Origin: Salpingoeca rosetta
Taxonomy: Eukaryota > Protista > Choanoflagellata
DNA: 64,000 nucleotides
Assembly (NCBI GenBank): GCA_033442325.1
Contig: JAWQFM010000002.1
Location: 2,693,144 to 2,757,143, forward strand
Direction of reading: 5' to 3'
Position 1 is the stretch's first letter; each line of letters starts with the position of its first letter. The notes under the pieces were generated by a model. It ran no database searches and was not told the origin of the DNA. It was given only the letters and a program-made list of their open reading frames with translations. Position numbers and translations under genes: made by a program. Shown here one piece after another: positions 23,921 to 40,779 of this stretch.

Positions 23921-25978
23921 CAGAGGATGACATCAGTGAGCGGAAAAAATAAGTTTTCATCACCGGCACACATTCAAAACCACCCGAAATATGCGTCAAT
24001 CGCTTCCATTTTCCGTTGGCTGTCCCACGCACAACAGAGAACGAAGACAGCAAACCTCAGAGCGCAAGCACAGAACCATCTTTTCCTGTTACCTCCGGGA
24101 TTGCCGATTATTCACATTGATGCCAACGACTTTCTGCATCCAAGATGGCGCAGCGCAGATCGGCCACCGCAGCAGGCAGCACTGACGGAACACCGCCGTG
24201 TGTCAAGAAGAAAGAAGGCCGATTGTACACCGGGAGCCTTGACAATGAGGAGTACGACGCCTTCAAGAAGTGGCTCAAGAAGCAGCGCAAGGAAAACTCC
24301 AGGACGCTGACGGTGGACGCAAAGCTGGACATCGTCGCCGTGCAGGCGTACTTTCGCCATGAGAAGTTTGTCCACGCGAACAAGTCAGGGAGGCCCAAGC
24401 AGTATCGGTTCACGGCACTCGCAAAGAACGTCCTTCAGCGCAGCACAGACGTCTGTCAACAAGCATGGAAGGACTACGAGCGCGCGCAAGCGGTGTCAGT
24501 CGCGACGGCCACGCGGGAAAGACGACGAAGTTCAAGCGCACTGAGGCATTGCGTGTGAAGCTGCAGACTGGTTGTACGAGCGCACTGTCAAGGGCAACCG
24601 AACTGTGGCAAAGGACGTGCTCGGCTTCTTCTGCTCCTCCGGTGTGCTGCCGATGTACTCTGATCCCACTTCGAAAGCGAACGCCCTGAGAGCTGTGCAA
24701 CGATACCTGGAGTCCCTTGGCTACGAGAGAGGTCAGCGAGGCGGTTGCACCACCTACATGGAGAAGGAGGAGGTGCTGATCAAACGAGACGCGTACATCA
24801 CCCAGATGATCAAGGCCCGACAGCAGCGGCGACGCATTGTCTACCTCGACGAGAGCTACATACACCACCACTACCGCCGGCATGATGAGTCGCTGTACGA
24901 CCCCGGTGATAACCGCCTGCTCCCCAAGCAAAAGCACAAAGGCCGGCGCTTCTGTTTCATCGCGGCAATCATCTCAAGCGACCCTGCAGTACCAGAAGCA
25001 GAGCGATCCGAGGAACATCGTGCACAGCTGTTACCCGAGACGCTGGACATCTTTGAGGGGGGCAAGAAGCAGAGTGGCAAGGCGCAGACCAAAGACTACC
25101 ATGGCATGTTTGACAGTGCGTACTTTGAGCGCTGGATGCAGACGCTGCTCGCCACGCTCGACGCCCGTGGCATCAAAAACACCATCATTGTCATGGACAA
25201 CGCCAAGTACCACAAGTCACTCCCAGCGGACACGCCCAAGCAATCATGGAAGAAGGCAGCCATGGTCGAGGCCTGCACGGCGCGCGGCCTGCCAGTATCC
25301 GACACCGACACTCGGGCCTTGCTGTGGGCCAGGCTGCGCGACCACATTGCACAAACAGTCAAGCCCGTCGTCGTGCAAATGGCAGAGGACGCTGGGCACG
25401 AGGTGCTGTGGACACCGCCGCATTACTCCGACCTTCAGCCCATCGAGATTGTTTGGGCAAACGTGAAAGGAGACGTTGGTCGACAGTACAACTACGACAC
25501 AACGTTCAAGGACGTGCGCCAGCGGTTGGACGAGGCGTTTGCAACCCTGACACCGAAGACAGTTGAGGGATGCATTGCAAAAGCAAATGCTCGGCTGGAT
25601 GAGCTTTACAGGCAGATCACGAGCCTCGATGAGGTGGATGAGGAGGCAATCGATGATGGGGTGTTCGATGACGAGCAGTGTGATGATGATGATGAGAATA
25701 TGGAAGAGGTCGATGTTGTGAACGAGGACAAAGACAAGGACAGTGACGAGGACAGTGACGAGGACGACGATGAGGGTGAACATGAAGACGAGGATTAGTG
25801 TGAGTGGTTTGCCTGTTGTGTGGTTCATTGTGACTTGGTGGGTGGATGTGGGGTGGGGTGCCGTAGTCAATTGTGCTGAGGGAAAGGGGGTTTTTAGCGT
25901 GTTCTCTGTGGTCGAGAACGGCGAAATAAATCGTCAAACACGTTAATGTGATTTTCCGCTCACTGATGTCATCCTCTG
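23921..25978 (+). mobile_element. IS630/Tc1/mariner-type DNA transposon (DD82E, Sailor-like), 2058 bp with 27-bp TIRs
   Basis: TIR CAGAGGATGACATCAGTGAGCGGAAAA at 23921-23947 and its exact reverse complement at 25952-25978. TGA on both flanks (23918-23920, 25979-25981). Internal DDE transposase. Confidence 0.92.
24145..25798 (+). pseudogene. DD82E transposase, apparently frameshifted near 24505-24567
   Basis: IVYLDESY, IIVMDNAKYH and WTPPHYSDLQPIEIVWANVKG, with 82 residues between the second D and E. The N-terminal ORF 24145-24558 and the catalytic ORF (open from 24545) are in different frames, and no convincing intron joins them. Confidence 0.75.
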
Positions 25979-26329
25979 TGAATACAGTGTTTCCCTACGC
26001 GAAATTCTTTTTGCTTCTTTGGTTTCCCCGCCCCCTTTCCTGAATTGGTGGATGCCGACGTTTGGCGCTTTGCTGTCCGCGCTATTTCTGTGTCAAACGC
26101 CCACACCGCAAGCCACTCGTGCCACCCTTTCCCGTTGTGGCAGGGGGCTATCTCTGCAACCAACACGCAAGCCAGCTGTGTCTCTTTGTCCGCTGTCTTG
26201 CTTGCAGGCTTCGCTGGCGTGGCATGGCGCAGTGAGTTGGCACAACAAACATAGCACAACAACAAAGCAAAGAAAGCACAATACGGACTGCACGCTGCAC
26301 GTTTGTTTGTCAAATCATCATCACGTTGA

Positions 26330-27571
<1,242 letters not shown>

Positions 27572-28158
27572 GCAGGCACGCGGACGAGCTAGCGAACGAG
27601 CGAGCGCGAGCACCCAAACATAAATACAAACACTGCTGTTTTGCCGTTGTTTGCCTGCTTGCTTGCTGCTGCTTCTGCTGGCGATAACTTTTGCCTATCG
27701 ACGTTCCCCTTCTTCTTATCTCTCTTCCCCTGTTTGCATTGCACCCCCCCCCCTTCTTTTTGCTTATCTCTTGCCCTGCTGTACATTTTGCCTACCCATG
27801 TATGTGTGCGTGTTGAGCGCATCGCAGCTGCTGCGACTGCGTGAGTAAAACAAGCACCAATCCAACTCGAAAGAAAGTTCATGCGTGGGTGGGTGGGTGG
27901 GTGTTGTTTGAGCTGGGGAGTTGAATCGAACGCACGCGTTCCCCCCCCCCCCTTATCTGTTTAGAAGGCGCAACACAAGCGTATGACACAGCATCCAAGG
28001 TGACATACACACACACACACACACTCTCTCTCTCTCTGGCACACTGTCTCACTCTCAAGCACATGGCACACTCAATACACACAGACACACAGACACACAC
28101 AACAGAACAACCAGCACACACGCACAGCACACACAGACACAGACACAGACACACACGC

Positions 28159-28218
<60 letters not shown>

Positions 28219-28980
28219 GAACCCAAACACACACACACCAGTGAACTGCCTGCTGTCCGGCTCAATCAAGGTCCGGAGTTTTGTTGGCTTGCTCGTTCAG
28301 GGATGTGGAATTCTTTGCAGATTTCTGTAAAGAAGTTCGCTGCCGAAAATAACTGTAAAATAAAACAAATCGCCCACGTCACCACCAAAAAGAAAATCAA
28401 GAAATTCTCGAGAGACGGTTGCTGGCTCGGTTGGCACTGTTTCACTTTTCGTCTGCGCTCTCGATCCAGCTGTTCTTGCTCCGTTGCATCTCCGAACCAC
28501 CGACCACCTACCACCACACCGTCAAAGTGAGTGCGAGCGACCGACCGTACGGATGCACCGTGCTTGTCGTCGTGGTGTTTGCACTGTGTCTGGATTTGGG
28601 TTTGTGGATGCTTCGTTGATGGCGTTGTGCTGCGCGTTTGGCTGATGCTGTTTTGTTTGTGATTGTGGTCGCTTGCTGCGATGATGGCTACGTCAGCAAG
28701 TGCGCACGCACAGAGCGTTGTTTGTGTTTGTGTTTGTGTTTGTGTTGCATGTGTGTGTGGTGTGTGCGCCTCTTGCGATGCGGTGATTCGCCTGCCGCAG
28801 TGTATCTAGCACGGCCAAGCAGCCCCGGTCTCTCCCCCTGTCTGCATTCCTTTTTGGCAACGCAGCATGCACTCACGTTGCTTTTCTTGACAACCTCGCG
28901 CTTCTGCTTTTGTTCTTGGCGCGATTTCCGTTATCGTTGCTGCCCAATCGACCTGACTCTGCAACCATCCATCACACAGC

Positions 28981-29715
28981 ATGGTGAGTCGTGCGCGGGA
29001 TTCTGCGGATCCCCAATGCCTCCTTGCCATGCACCTTCTTTCTGTTTGGCTTTCGTGTTGGTGTTGTTGTGTTTATGTTTCTTGTTTGTCGACACCATGC
29101 GTGACATGCTCAGTGATCGCTGGGTCCTGTCTTGCTCTGTATGTGCTCTGAATGCTGGTGTCGTCGTTTATGTTTGCTTTGTTTGACGTTCTGCTTCTGC
29201 AACGATTTGCTTCCTTTTGGTTTTGTTCATCATCAATCGTGTTGTGTGTTGCTTTGTATGTTAACGCCCCCTCCTTATCTCGCAACGAACGCACCCCCCC
29301 CCCCCAACACACTCATACTGTCCCAGCACGTTGACATCCGTTCTTGCTCTTTCTCACCCGTGTGCATGTGCGTGTGTGTCACTGTCACTTGTATGTTGCT
29401 GGTGCTGTAGGCCTCTGGCATTCAAGTGAACCCCCAGGTCGTTGAGACCTTCAACCAGCTGAAGATCAAGCACGACATCTCCTACGCCATCTTCTCCCTC
29501 AGCGACGATCTCACCGAGATTGTTGTGCAGGAGGTCTCCGCCAACGGCGACTACGACGAGTTCATCAGCAAGCTCCCCACGGTGCGTGCAGTGGTGGTTG
29601 CGTTGGATGGGAGGTTGCTGTTGGCCCTTGCTTGTGTGCGTTGCGTTGCGTTGCGCTGAGAATTTATTCATTTGCAAGTGTACATGTGCACATGCGTGCA
29701 GCGACCATTATCAAG

Positions 29716-29750
<35 letters not shown>

Positions 29751-30360
29751 ACACACACAACAGCGTACAAGTGTGCTCACGCCTCTCGCCTGTCAATGCT
29801 GTTGTCATTTTTGCCTGCCTGCCTACTTGCATTCATGCATGCATGCACACAGGACAAGTGCCGCTACGCCGTCCTCGACTTCAAATACACCCTCAACGAT
29901 GGTGGCCAGCGCGACAAGATTGTCTTCTTCGCATGGTGCGTTTGTGTGCAAGCTGTAACATTGCGTGTGCCAGTGCTGGCAGCTAGCTGTTCTGACATGC
30001 TTATCCCTCTCTGCCAATGAAACATGCGCACATGAACCATGCGCACCGTCACACGTCACACTGACGCTTGACATGCGCGCACACGCCATCACGCTCGCTC
30101 TCTTTCTTCGTTCCCAACACTCAATCACGCTCGCTCTCTTTCTCCGTTCCCAACACTCAATCACACACACACACACACACACTTGCACCAACAGGACCCC
30201 TGACACGGCGTCCATCAAGGACAAGATGCTGTTTGCGTCGTCCAAGGACGCGCTGAAGAAGCAGCTCAACGGCATCCACACTGAGATCCAGGCCACAGAC
30301 CTCGACGAGGTTGAGTATGAGGAGGTCTACAACAAGGTCTCCTCTGGCGGCACCAAGTAA
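28981..30360 (+). CDS. COF: ADF/cofilin, 140 aa
   Basis: Exons 28981-28983 (ATG only, followed by gtgagt), 29411-29581, 29853-29935, 30195-30360; 423 nt. MASGIQV...[10 protein letters not shown]...[43 protein letters not shown]. Confidence 0.93.
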
Positions 30361-30891
30361 CCGCGCCACCACGTTCTCTCCCCTCCTGTCTTGGCTGTTT
30401 CCCATTTTGCGCTGATTCCATCCCTCGCTCCTCATGTCTTCCCACACCACGTTATCCCTCGCTTCTGCTTTTCTGACGCCTGAATGGGTGCGTGTGGTGC
30501 TGTTCAACGTGGAAGCATGGTTCGTGCCTCTCTGTCTCCGTGCCCCTTGTGTTTCTCCCGTCTTTTTTACCCATCAACAACCAAGACGTACGTGCGAATT
30601 GCCATCCCCCTATTCAGGTGCAATCTCAATCGTGTCCTCTCTTCTTTCGTGTGCATCAATGAATTTCCCCTGCGCCTGCAAAGGGGATTGATCCTCCAAA
30701 AAATAAAATGCCCAAAACAACCGCATTTCAAGTTTGTGTGTGTGTGTATGTTGTTGTTGTTGTTGTTGGTGTTGGAGGGACCCCAATACGACCTCCCCAA
30801 CTGCCTAGAATGCTTTCATTGCTGTAACCCCAACGAAGAGAGGCGATATGTACAACAGGCAGGCAGCACGCGTAACCCTGGAGCGTGGTGC

Positions 30892-33739
<2,848 letters not shown>

Positions 33740-33754
33740 CGCCTTTGTGTGTTT

Positions 33755-33786
33755 TGCAAATTGCATACTGGGTGGTGCAAATTGCA
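33755..33786. promoter_or_regulatory. Two copies of the quasi-palindrome TGCAAATTGCA in a ~195-bp divergent intergenic region
   Basis: At 33755-33765 and 33776-33786, 21 bp apart start to start. Confidence 0.45.
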
Positions 33787-33933
33787 ACGACAACCCTCGT
33801 CCAAAGCGCTACACCCTGCCTCATAGCTTGCTTGGGGTAGCTGCTCTTCTCTCCGGCCGTTGAGCTGTTGTTGAGGAGTGAGTGTCGTAGGAACGCTGTT
33901 CGCTCTTTTCGCCGCTGGTTCATCCACAGAGTC

Positions 33934-34320
33934 ATGCCCAACTCAAGTTCAGCGACCATCACGCGCATGGGCGGGCAGCCAGAGCCCGCCAAGGTCTCCA
34001 GGCACACGATTGTTCTGATCTGGCTCATGCTCACCGTCGCCGCGCTGGTGTGTGCGACTGTAGGACTGTGTGTGTGAGGTTGCGTGAGCTGGTGTTTGCC
34101 TATGTGTGTCTGTGTGAGTGCAAGTGTGTGTGCGTGTGTGAGCTTGTATGTGAGTGCAAGTGCGCACGAAATGGTGTGTATGTGTAAATGTACTCGCGAA
34201 TGCTGTTTTGTACCGATTCTACATCCGCTGGGACGCCAGATCAACCCTCTCCTCCTACATGTACATATGTGCTGTGGCTTTGCTCAACGCCTCTTCCCCC
34301 CCCCCCCACACACACACCAC

Positions 34321-34357
<37 letters not shown>

Positions 34358-35144
34358 GCACACATGCGTTAGATTTGTCTGATTGTGGGACTTGCGTCCC
34401 CGCGTCTCATCTCTGGAACGGTGCTGGTCCAAGGCAATGCCACGGAATACACGGCCAAGTTTCTCTTCTCAAGTGAAGAAATCTCCTGGTGGAAAGCAAG
34501 CAGCTCTGCCTTTATGCTCTCGTGAGTACAACACGCGTATAAGCACATCGAGGCACACTGACTTGTTTGCCTCGCTGTCTCTCTGGTCTTCTCGTGCAAC
34601 CACTGCTCAACCGCCCTGCTTGGGGCACTAGTGTACACAAACGCCGCTTCATGCACCGGATGCGTTGCATACATTGCTCCGTGACTCAAAAACAACACAT
34701 GTGCATCCCTGCTCATGATGTTGTGGCTGGCGCAGGGTGCTGGGAACCGTGCTGACGATTGTGCTGCTGCTGCGCGCGCTGGGGCGCATGTCTCTTGTTC
34801 CATACGCGCAGACAGCTGCCACGTTGACAAATGTCGCGGGCGTCTCAGGCATGATGTGTCTTGCCGCGGGCTTCGCATACCTGGACGACTCGTGCGAGCA
34901 AGGCGGAAGGACCGAGAACTGCGACCTCGCGTGCGCACCAGACGAAGAAATGTCGTTCTTCATCTTGTGCCGGCCATATGACGTTGACGCCGGCATGTTT
35001 CTGCTCATCCTGGGTGTCTTTCTCGGGCTCGTCGGCGCCATCACGTCCATGTGTCTACGCATCCCGCTCTATCGCGAACCCCCTCTTCCAAAGCAAGGTA
35101 TGCTGCCAAGTGTGCTCAAAAGCCGTTCATTTGCCCAAGTGTAA
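33934..35144 (+). CDS. Small multi-pass (probably 4-TM) membrane protein with Cys-rich loops, claudin/LHFPL-superfamily-like
   Basis: Hydrophobic segments IVLIWLMLTVAALVCATVGL, GTVLTIVLLLRAL, VAGVSGMMCLAAGFAYL and AGMFLLILGVFLGLVGAITSMCL, with a Cys-rich loop before the last. Internal exon boundaries uncertain. Confidence 0.5.
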
Positions 35145-35483
35145 CATAACGTACATTGATGTGTGTGTGTGTGTGTGTATGCGTGTGTGCGCGCGCGCGT
35201 GTGTGGCAGGCAGGCATGTATATGTACAAAGAGAAGCATCGCGGAGGAAGCGGTGCCAACACGCACACGCACACCAAAGAGCGTAACAAAAACCAATGCA
35301 GGCAGAACACAATCACACACGCACACACGCACACATCATCAGCATCATCATCATTCTCCCTCTCCACCTCTCTTCGCTCTGCATCGCGTACACGACAACC
35401 TCACACCTCAGCCTGCTGTCCCATCCATCACTCCACACCACCACAACACCAATATGCAGAGTCGTTCATGACAGTTGCGCGTC

Positions 35484-36241
35484 CTAATTGAGAGTGAGGC
35501 GGCATCGCCCGCGCGTGCTGTGCCGCGGGCACGTCGACTCGTTCTCCATGCAGTGCAGGTGCACCAGCGTCCCTGTTGCGGTCAGCACATGTGCACGTCC
35601 ACGTGAGCGAGTGTGATTGTGTGTGCGTTTATGCATGTGTGTGTGTTTGTTTGTTTGTTTGTGTGTGTGTGTGTGTGTGTGTGCGTGCGTGTGTGTGTGT
35701 GTGTGCGTGTGTGCGTGTGTGCGTGTGTGTGTGTGCGTGTGTGCGCGCGTGTGTGTGGTGATCCCGTTGACGTCAACCACAACAGAAAGATCAAGCAAGC
35801 AGAAACAGTCTGGAATACACACGCGTGTGTTCCCAATGTAAGCACCAATAAAAACACCACCCAAGCTCAAAGATGCACTCACCACACGGGTAGATGGCGA
35901 ATGCGTGTGTGCGAATGGGTTTGCGACACTCAAAGCAAAGCCTGGTGGAGGGAGGCAGAACAAGTGAGCACACAAGAACACAAGAGCGCGTGTGTGAAGG
36001 CAAGGCAAGGCGGGGGCGATCGTACGGTGGTCATGTGCACGTGCATGCAAGCATCAGGCAGGGCGAGGCAATGTACGCACGAGTCTTCGGTGACTTTGAA
36101 GTGTTTGCTGTGGATGGCGATGCGACGCTCAGACACCTGCCAGCATGAGCACGGACATGTGCGTGTTCAGTGGTTGTGAGGGGATGACCATGTGGTCGCG
36201 TGCTTGTGCATGCATCCTGCGCACATGCGCGCACGGTGCAT

Positions 36242-36307
<66 letters not shown>

Positions 36308-37171
36308 GCATACGCATGTGCGTGCATACCCTGTCACCCTCGCTCCCAATGCAACCGCCCCACCCCCACCTGCAGCTGCTCGGTCTTTGCGAGATTTGCC
36401 TGCACGGCAACGGCGCGGCGCGTGTGCTCGCGCTCCGTGAGGATCGCCATTAGGAAATCCTCAATTTCAGAGATCTGCAACGCAGGGTGTGTACGTGTGC
36501 GTGTGTGTGCGTGTGTGTGTGAGTGTGTGAGTGTTTGTGTGTTTGTGTGTGAGTATGAAATAATGATGAGGTGGTGAGATGTAGGTGGGTGCACTCGTGT
36601 TGACTATGCAACAAAGATGCGCACGGCAACAGATACGCATGACATCAACTGCGCACCTTTGTGTCGAGTGGAAGCATGTCCAACGCCTTCAACGCATTCA
36701 CTTTCTGCTCAAACACAGAACCACAATCACAAACCCGTGCGTCAGTGGTGGCGTTCGAGCAAACAAGAAACGGGTGCTTCACACATAGACATACACACCC
36801 ACACCCACACACAGACACAGACACACACAGACACACACACGACCCGCACGACGCACGTCCGAGTGTTTGCCGAGGATGGTGAGGGCCTGCTGCGTCTTTG
36901 GCGGCCCGCTCGCCGGTCTGAGGTAGTGCTCGAGCAGCACCATGTACAGGTTGCGGCGATCAAGGTCGTGCGGGTCGTAGTTGTCGTTGCAATAGTCCTC
37001 GGCAAAGGACGGGTCGGCAACGTCGTTGGCCAGGATGCGCAGCGCCTCCGCGTGTCTGTTCAGTTGTCCCAGCAGCACAGCGCGCTCCTCAACCAGCACT
37101 AGCGGCGATGGTGGTGGTGATGGTGATGGTGATGATGATGGTGATGAGGGTGATGAGGGCAATGAAGATGG

Positions 37172-37231
<60 letters not shown>

Positions 37232-38664
37232 ACCAATGCAGATGCTTACTCCCCTCAAGAACACCATCACAACCACAACCACAGCCACAGCCACGATGGC
37301 GAAGCAGCTGCCTTGCTCAGTGCTCACCGTCTCCCGCAGAGGCGACGCGTCGCATGATGAGCGAGGCGTCAATGTGGTCCGACGTCCGCAGGAACCGATA
37401 CAGCCGTTGCCGCTCGGGCGCTGGGCAGCCAGGACAGCCATGAAGCGAAAAAGATGTGTGTGTGTGTGTGTGTGTGTGCATGTGTTTGGGGATATGGCGA
37501 TGCGGTTGTGAGTGGAGGCGGTTGTGAGTGAGTGAGTGAGTGAGTGAGTGAGTGTGTGTGTGTGTGTGTGTGGTCGTGTGCATGGTTGGTTGCCCATCTG
37601 CGCGTTTCGAAACGTGCGGGAAGCGGGGGGTGACAGTGCTGTGGATGTGCAATCATGCAACAAAGTGCGCTCACATGAAAGAGGCGGTGTCTTCTTCATC
37701 TTGAGGACGGCGTTGAGGTAGGACAGCGCCAGCGCCGTGTGGATCTCGCGTGACGTGTCGTTCCACTCCGTCACCACAAACTCCTGCGCAATCATGCAGT
37801 CATGCAGCAGCAGCAGCAGCAGCAGGTGGTTTGTTGTGGTCTCAGTACTCGACTCAGCGCATACACACACGCACACGCATAATCACCTCACACGTGTGGG
37901 AGGAAGTAACGATTCAAACGTCATACAACATATGCACACACACACAGACAGACAGACAGACACAGACACAGACACAGACAGACACACCAGGTACTGTGTG
38001 AGCAGGTGCGGGTAGTGTTCTTGGAGATGCTGCATGATGGGAACCTGCGGGGGTCGAGCAACACAAGCAGTGGTGTCGGGTATGTGGATATGAGAATGGA
38101 AGCAAGAGCGCTGTTTGATGAAATTGGCAGGGGGAAAACTGAAGAGTGTTCTGCAAGAAGCAATACGAGAGGGAGTCCGAGGATCACACATACACAGACA
38201 CACATACTTTCATACAGACGCACATACATCCAAACACACACACACACATACATACATACAGACGCACACAAGCACACGCACCCGTGGAAAGGTTTTGACG
38301 TTTGGAAAGTCCTTTGACATGAAAATGCCGAGCCCTTGCTTCTCGTCAATGTCGAGGATTGTGGACGAGTACTCCACCACCAGGCCCACGTGCTCCGGCT
38401 TCAAGTTCTGCAAGTGCGAGATCATTGCGTGCATCCACTTTGCGCGCCGCTGCGCCATTGCCTTGCACTCCTCCTCGTCCATGGTCTTTGGGTCTGGCGT
38501 CGTCTTGTTGATGTTGGAGCGCAAGAGCTCGAGTGCTTGCCGGTGCAGTCCCCTGTTCTGATACAGCAGCACGAGCTCTTCAAGCTTGTCGGCACTCTGC
38601 CCACGCATGACGGTGGTGGTGACGGCCGGCGGGGGGGGGGGGAGGGTGATTGCGAGCGTATGGG

Positions 38665-38699
<35 letters not shown>

Positions 38700-39095
38700 A
38701 GTGCGTGAGTGTGTGTGTGTGTGTGTGTGTGTGAGTGCGCGCGCGCGTGTGTGAGTGAGAGAGAGTGTGTGCAATTATGTGTCTGTGTATCATTGCAAGT
38801 AAGTGTCATGTGTGCGTGCAATCAATCCGCTTGACATATACAAGCGACACCATTTGAACAAGCAACAAGCAATATGCTTGAACGGCGCAGGCACACGAGC
38901 GTGGCTGTAATACCTTGAGGACTTTTTCGCTCTCGCTGATGTCGCAGTGATTGTTCACGCGCACAAATGAGCGAAGCAAACTCGAGCCCGTCTGTGCACG
39001 CGTGCGGAGGTGCATGTATATGTGCGTGTGTGCGTGCGTGAGTGAAGCGTATCATGGAGGGAATGTAACTGGCCCACAGCGCATAACGCGCGCAC

Positions 39096-39138
<43 letters not shown>

Positions 39139-39410
39139 GGCAGACAGACACACACACACACTCCATGACGGCCATAGGCGTGACGGGTGCGCAGCGTACC
39201 CTGACGTAGCAGATGAGGAGGGTGGTGTCGACGATGCTCATGAGTTTCTTGCGCTTGTCTGCTTCGTCCGGGGCCTCCGCTTTGCTGTCAAACTTGTACA
39301 GTTGTGTTCGTTTCTGGACACCGTCGTGGGGGGTTGGGTGGGGATGGGGGTTGAGAGAGGATGGCGTGAGGAAGCAGCGATGCGATGGCGCAAGCAAGCA
39401 AGTCGACAAG

Positions 39411-39450
<40 letters not shown>

Positions 39451-40716
39451 CACACACACACACACACAGACAGACACACACAGACACAGACACAGACACA
39501 GACACACAGACACACACACGGACCTCGGTGAGGTAGAGGATGAGGGCTGCGATGGCCTCCTGCTTCTGCTGCGGGGTGAGTTGCGGTGCGCCGGGCACAC
39601 CCTCTGCCGGCGTGTGTTTCGGCAGCAGCCACGGGTACAGCCGCAGGACCGTTGCCGGCGACACCTCGATGCCCTTGAGGAGGTCGAGGGCGACCTTGAA
39701 GTGCTTCTTGCGGTTGAACTCGTAGTAGGCGTGCGCCTTGTCCATATTGTAGCGCCGCTTCATGCGCTCTTCGGGCGTCCCAGGCATTGCAGCCTGCACA
39801 TATGCACACGCAGAGAGAGAGAGAGAGAGGGGGAGGGGGATGGTGGCATGAGGAGGTGCGTGGAGTTTGTGTGTGTGCGCGCGTGTGTGTGTGCGCGTGC
39901 GTGTGTGTGTGTGTAGGAGGAGGAGGAGGAGGAGGAGGAGGAGGAGGAGGAGGAGGAGGAGGAGGAGGAGGAGGAGGAGGAGGAGGAGGAGGAGGAGGAG
40001 GAGGAGGAGGAGGAAACAAGGCAAACAGACAAGTCCACAGACACGGACACAGACACAGACACAGACATTCACACAGAAAGACAGAAAGATAGACACGCAC
40101 ACACAAACGCAGCTACACAGACACAGACACACACGCAGATTCACAGCCCACCTCGATCTTCTTTGCGTCGACAAATCGGTTCACGTCGAGGAGGGAGTCA
40201 ATCTGCTGGTCGTAAGGCACCGGGTGCAGCTGCCACAGCGCTGACGGCGAGGCAGCCAGGATGGTGTGACCGTGCACAAGGAACTGCGGACTGTCGAGGT
40301 GGATCAGCTGCATCAGCTTGGACGTCTCGTCGTTGAACCGAACCTCAATGCCCCTTTGGACCGTGGGGGCGATGATGCGTGTGTGTGTGCGTGTGTTAAT
40401 GTGTGTGTGTGTGTGTTGTGCGTGTGTGCATGTGTTGAAAAGTGTGGGTTCGTTCAAAAGTGTGTGTGTGTGTTGTGTCAGGATGTGTGTGTGTGTGTGT
40501 GTTGACGCGTGCGAGGGTGGGCGAGAGCACGTTTGCATGTACGCGGGAACAAAGCAGGCGCCAGGTGCCTGCAGGACTCACTTGTCTGTCACGCCGAGTA
40601 TGTACGGGCCGTACACATCTGGGAGTGGTTAAGTTGATGGGAGAAAGGAACGGTGTGAGTGGAGGGCTGAACACACGTTACTGTATACGCACACACGCAC
40701 ACACACACAGGTGCGC

Positions 40717-40779
<63 letters not shown>

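Noticed and set aside
24530-24566. Intron that would repair the transposase frame
   Set aside because: It would be only 37 nt with a weak donor and would remove coding-like sequence.
30088-30166. ~37-bp duplication in the last cofilin intron
   Set aside because: Simple local tandem duplication with no spacer, structure or coding role.
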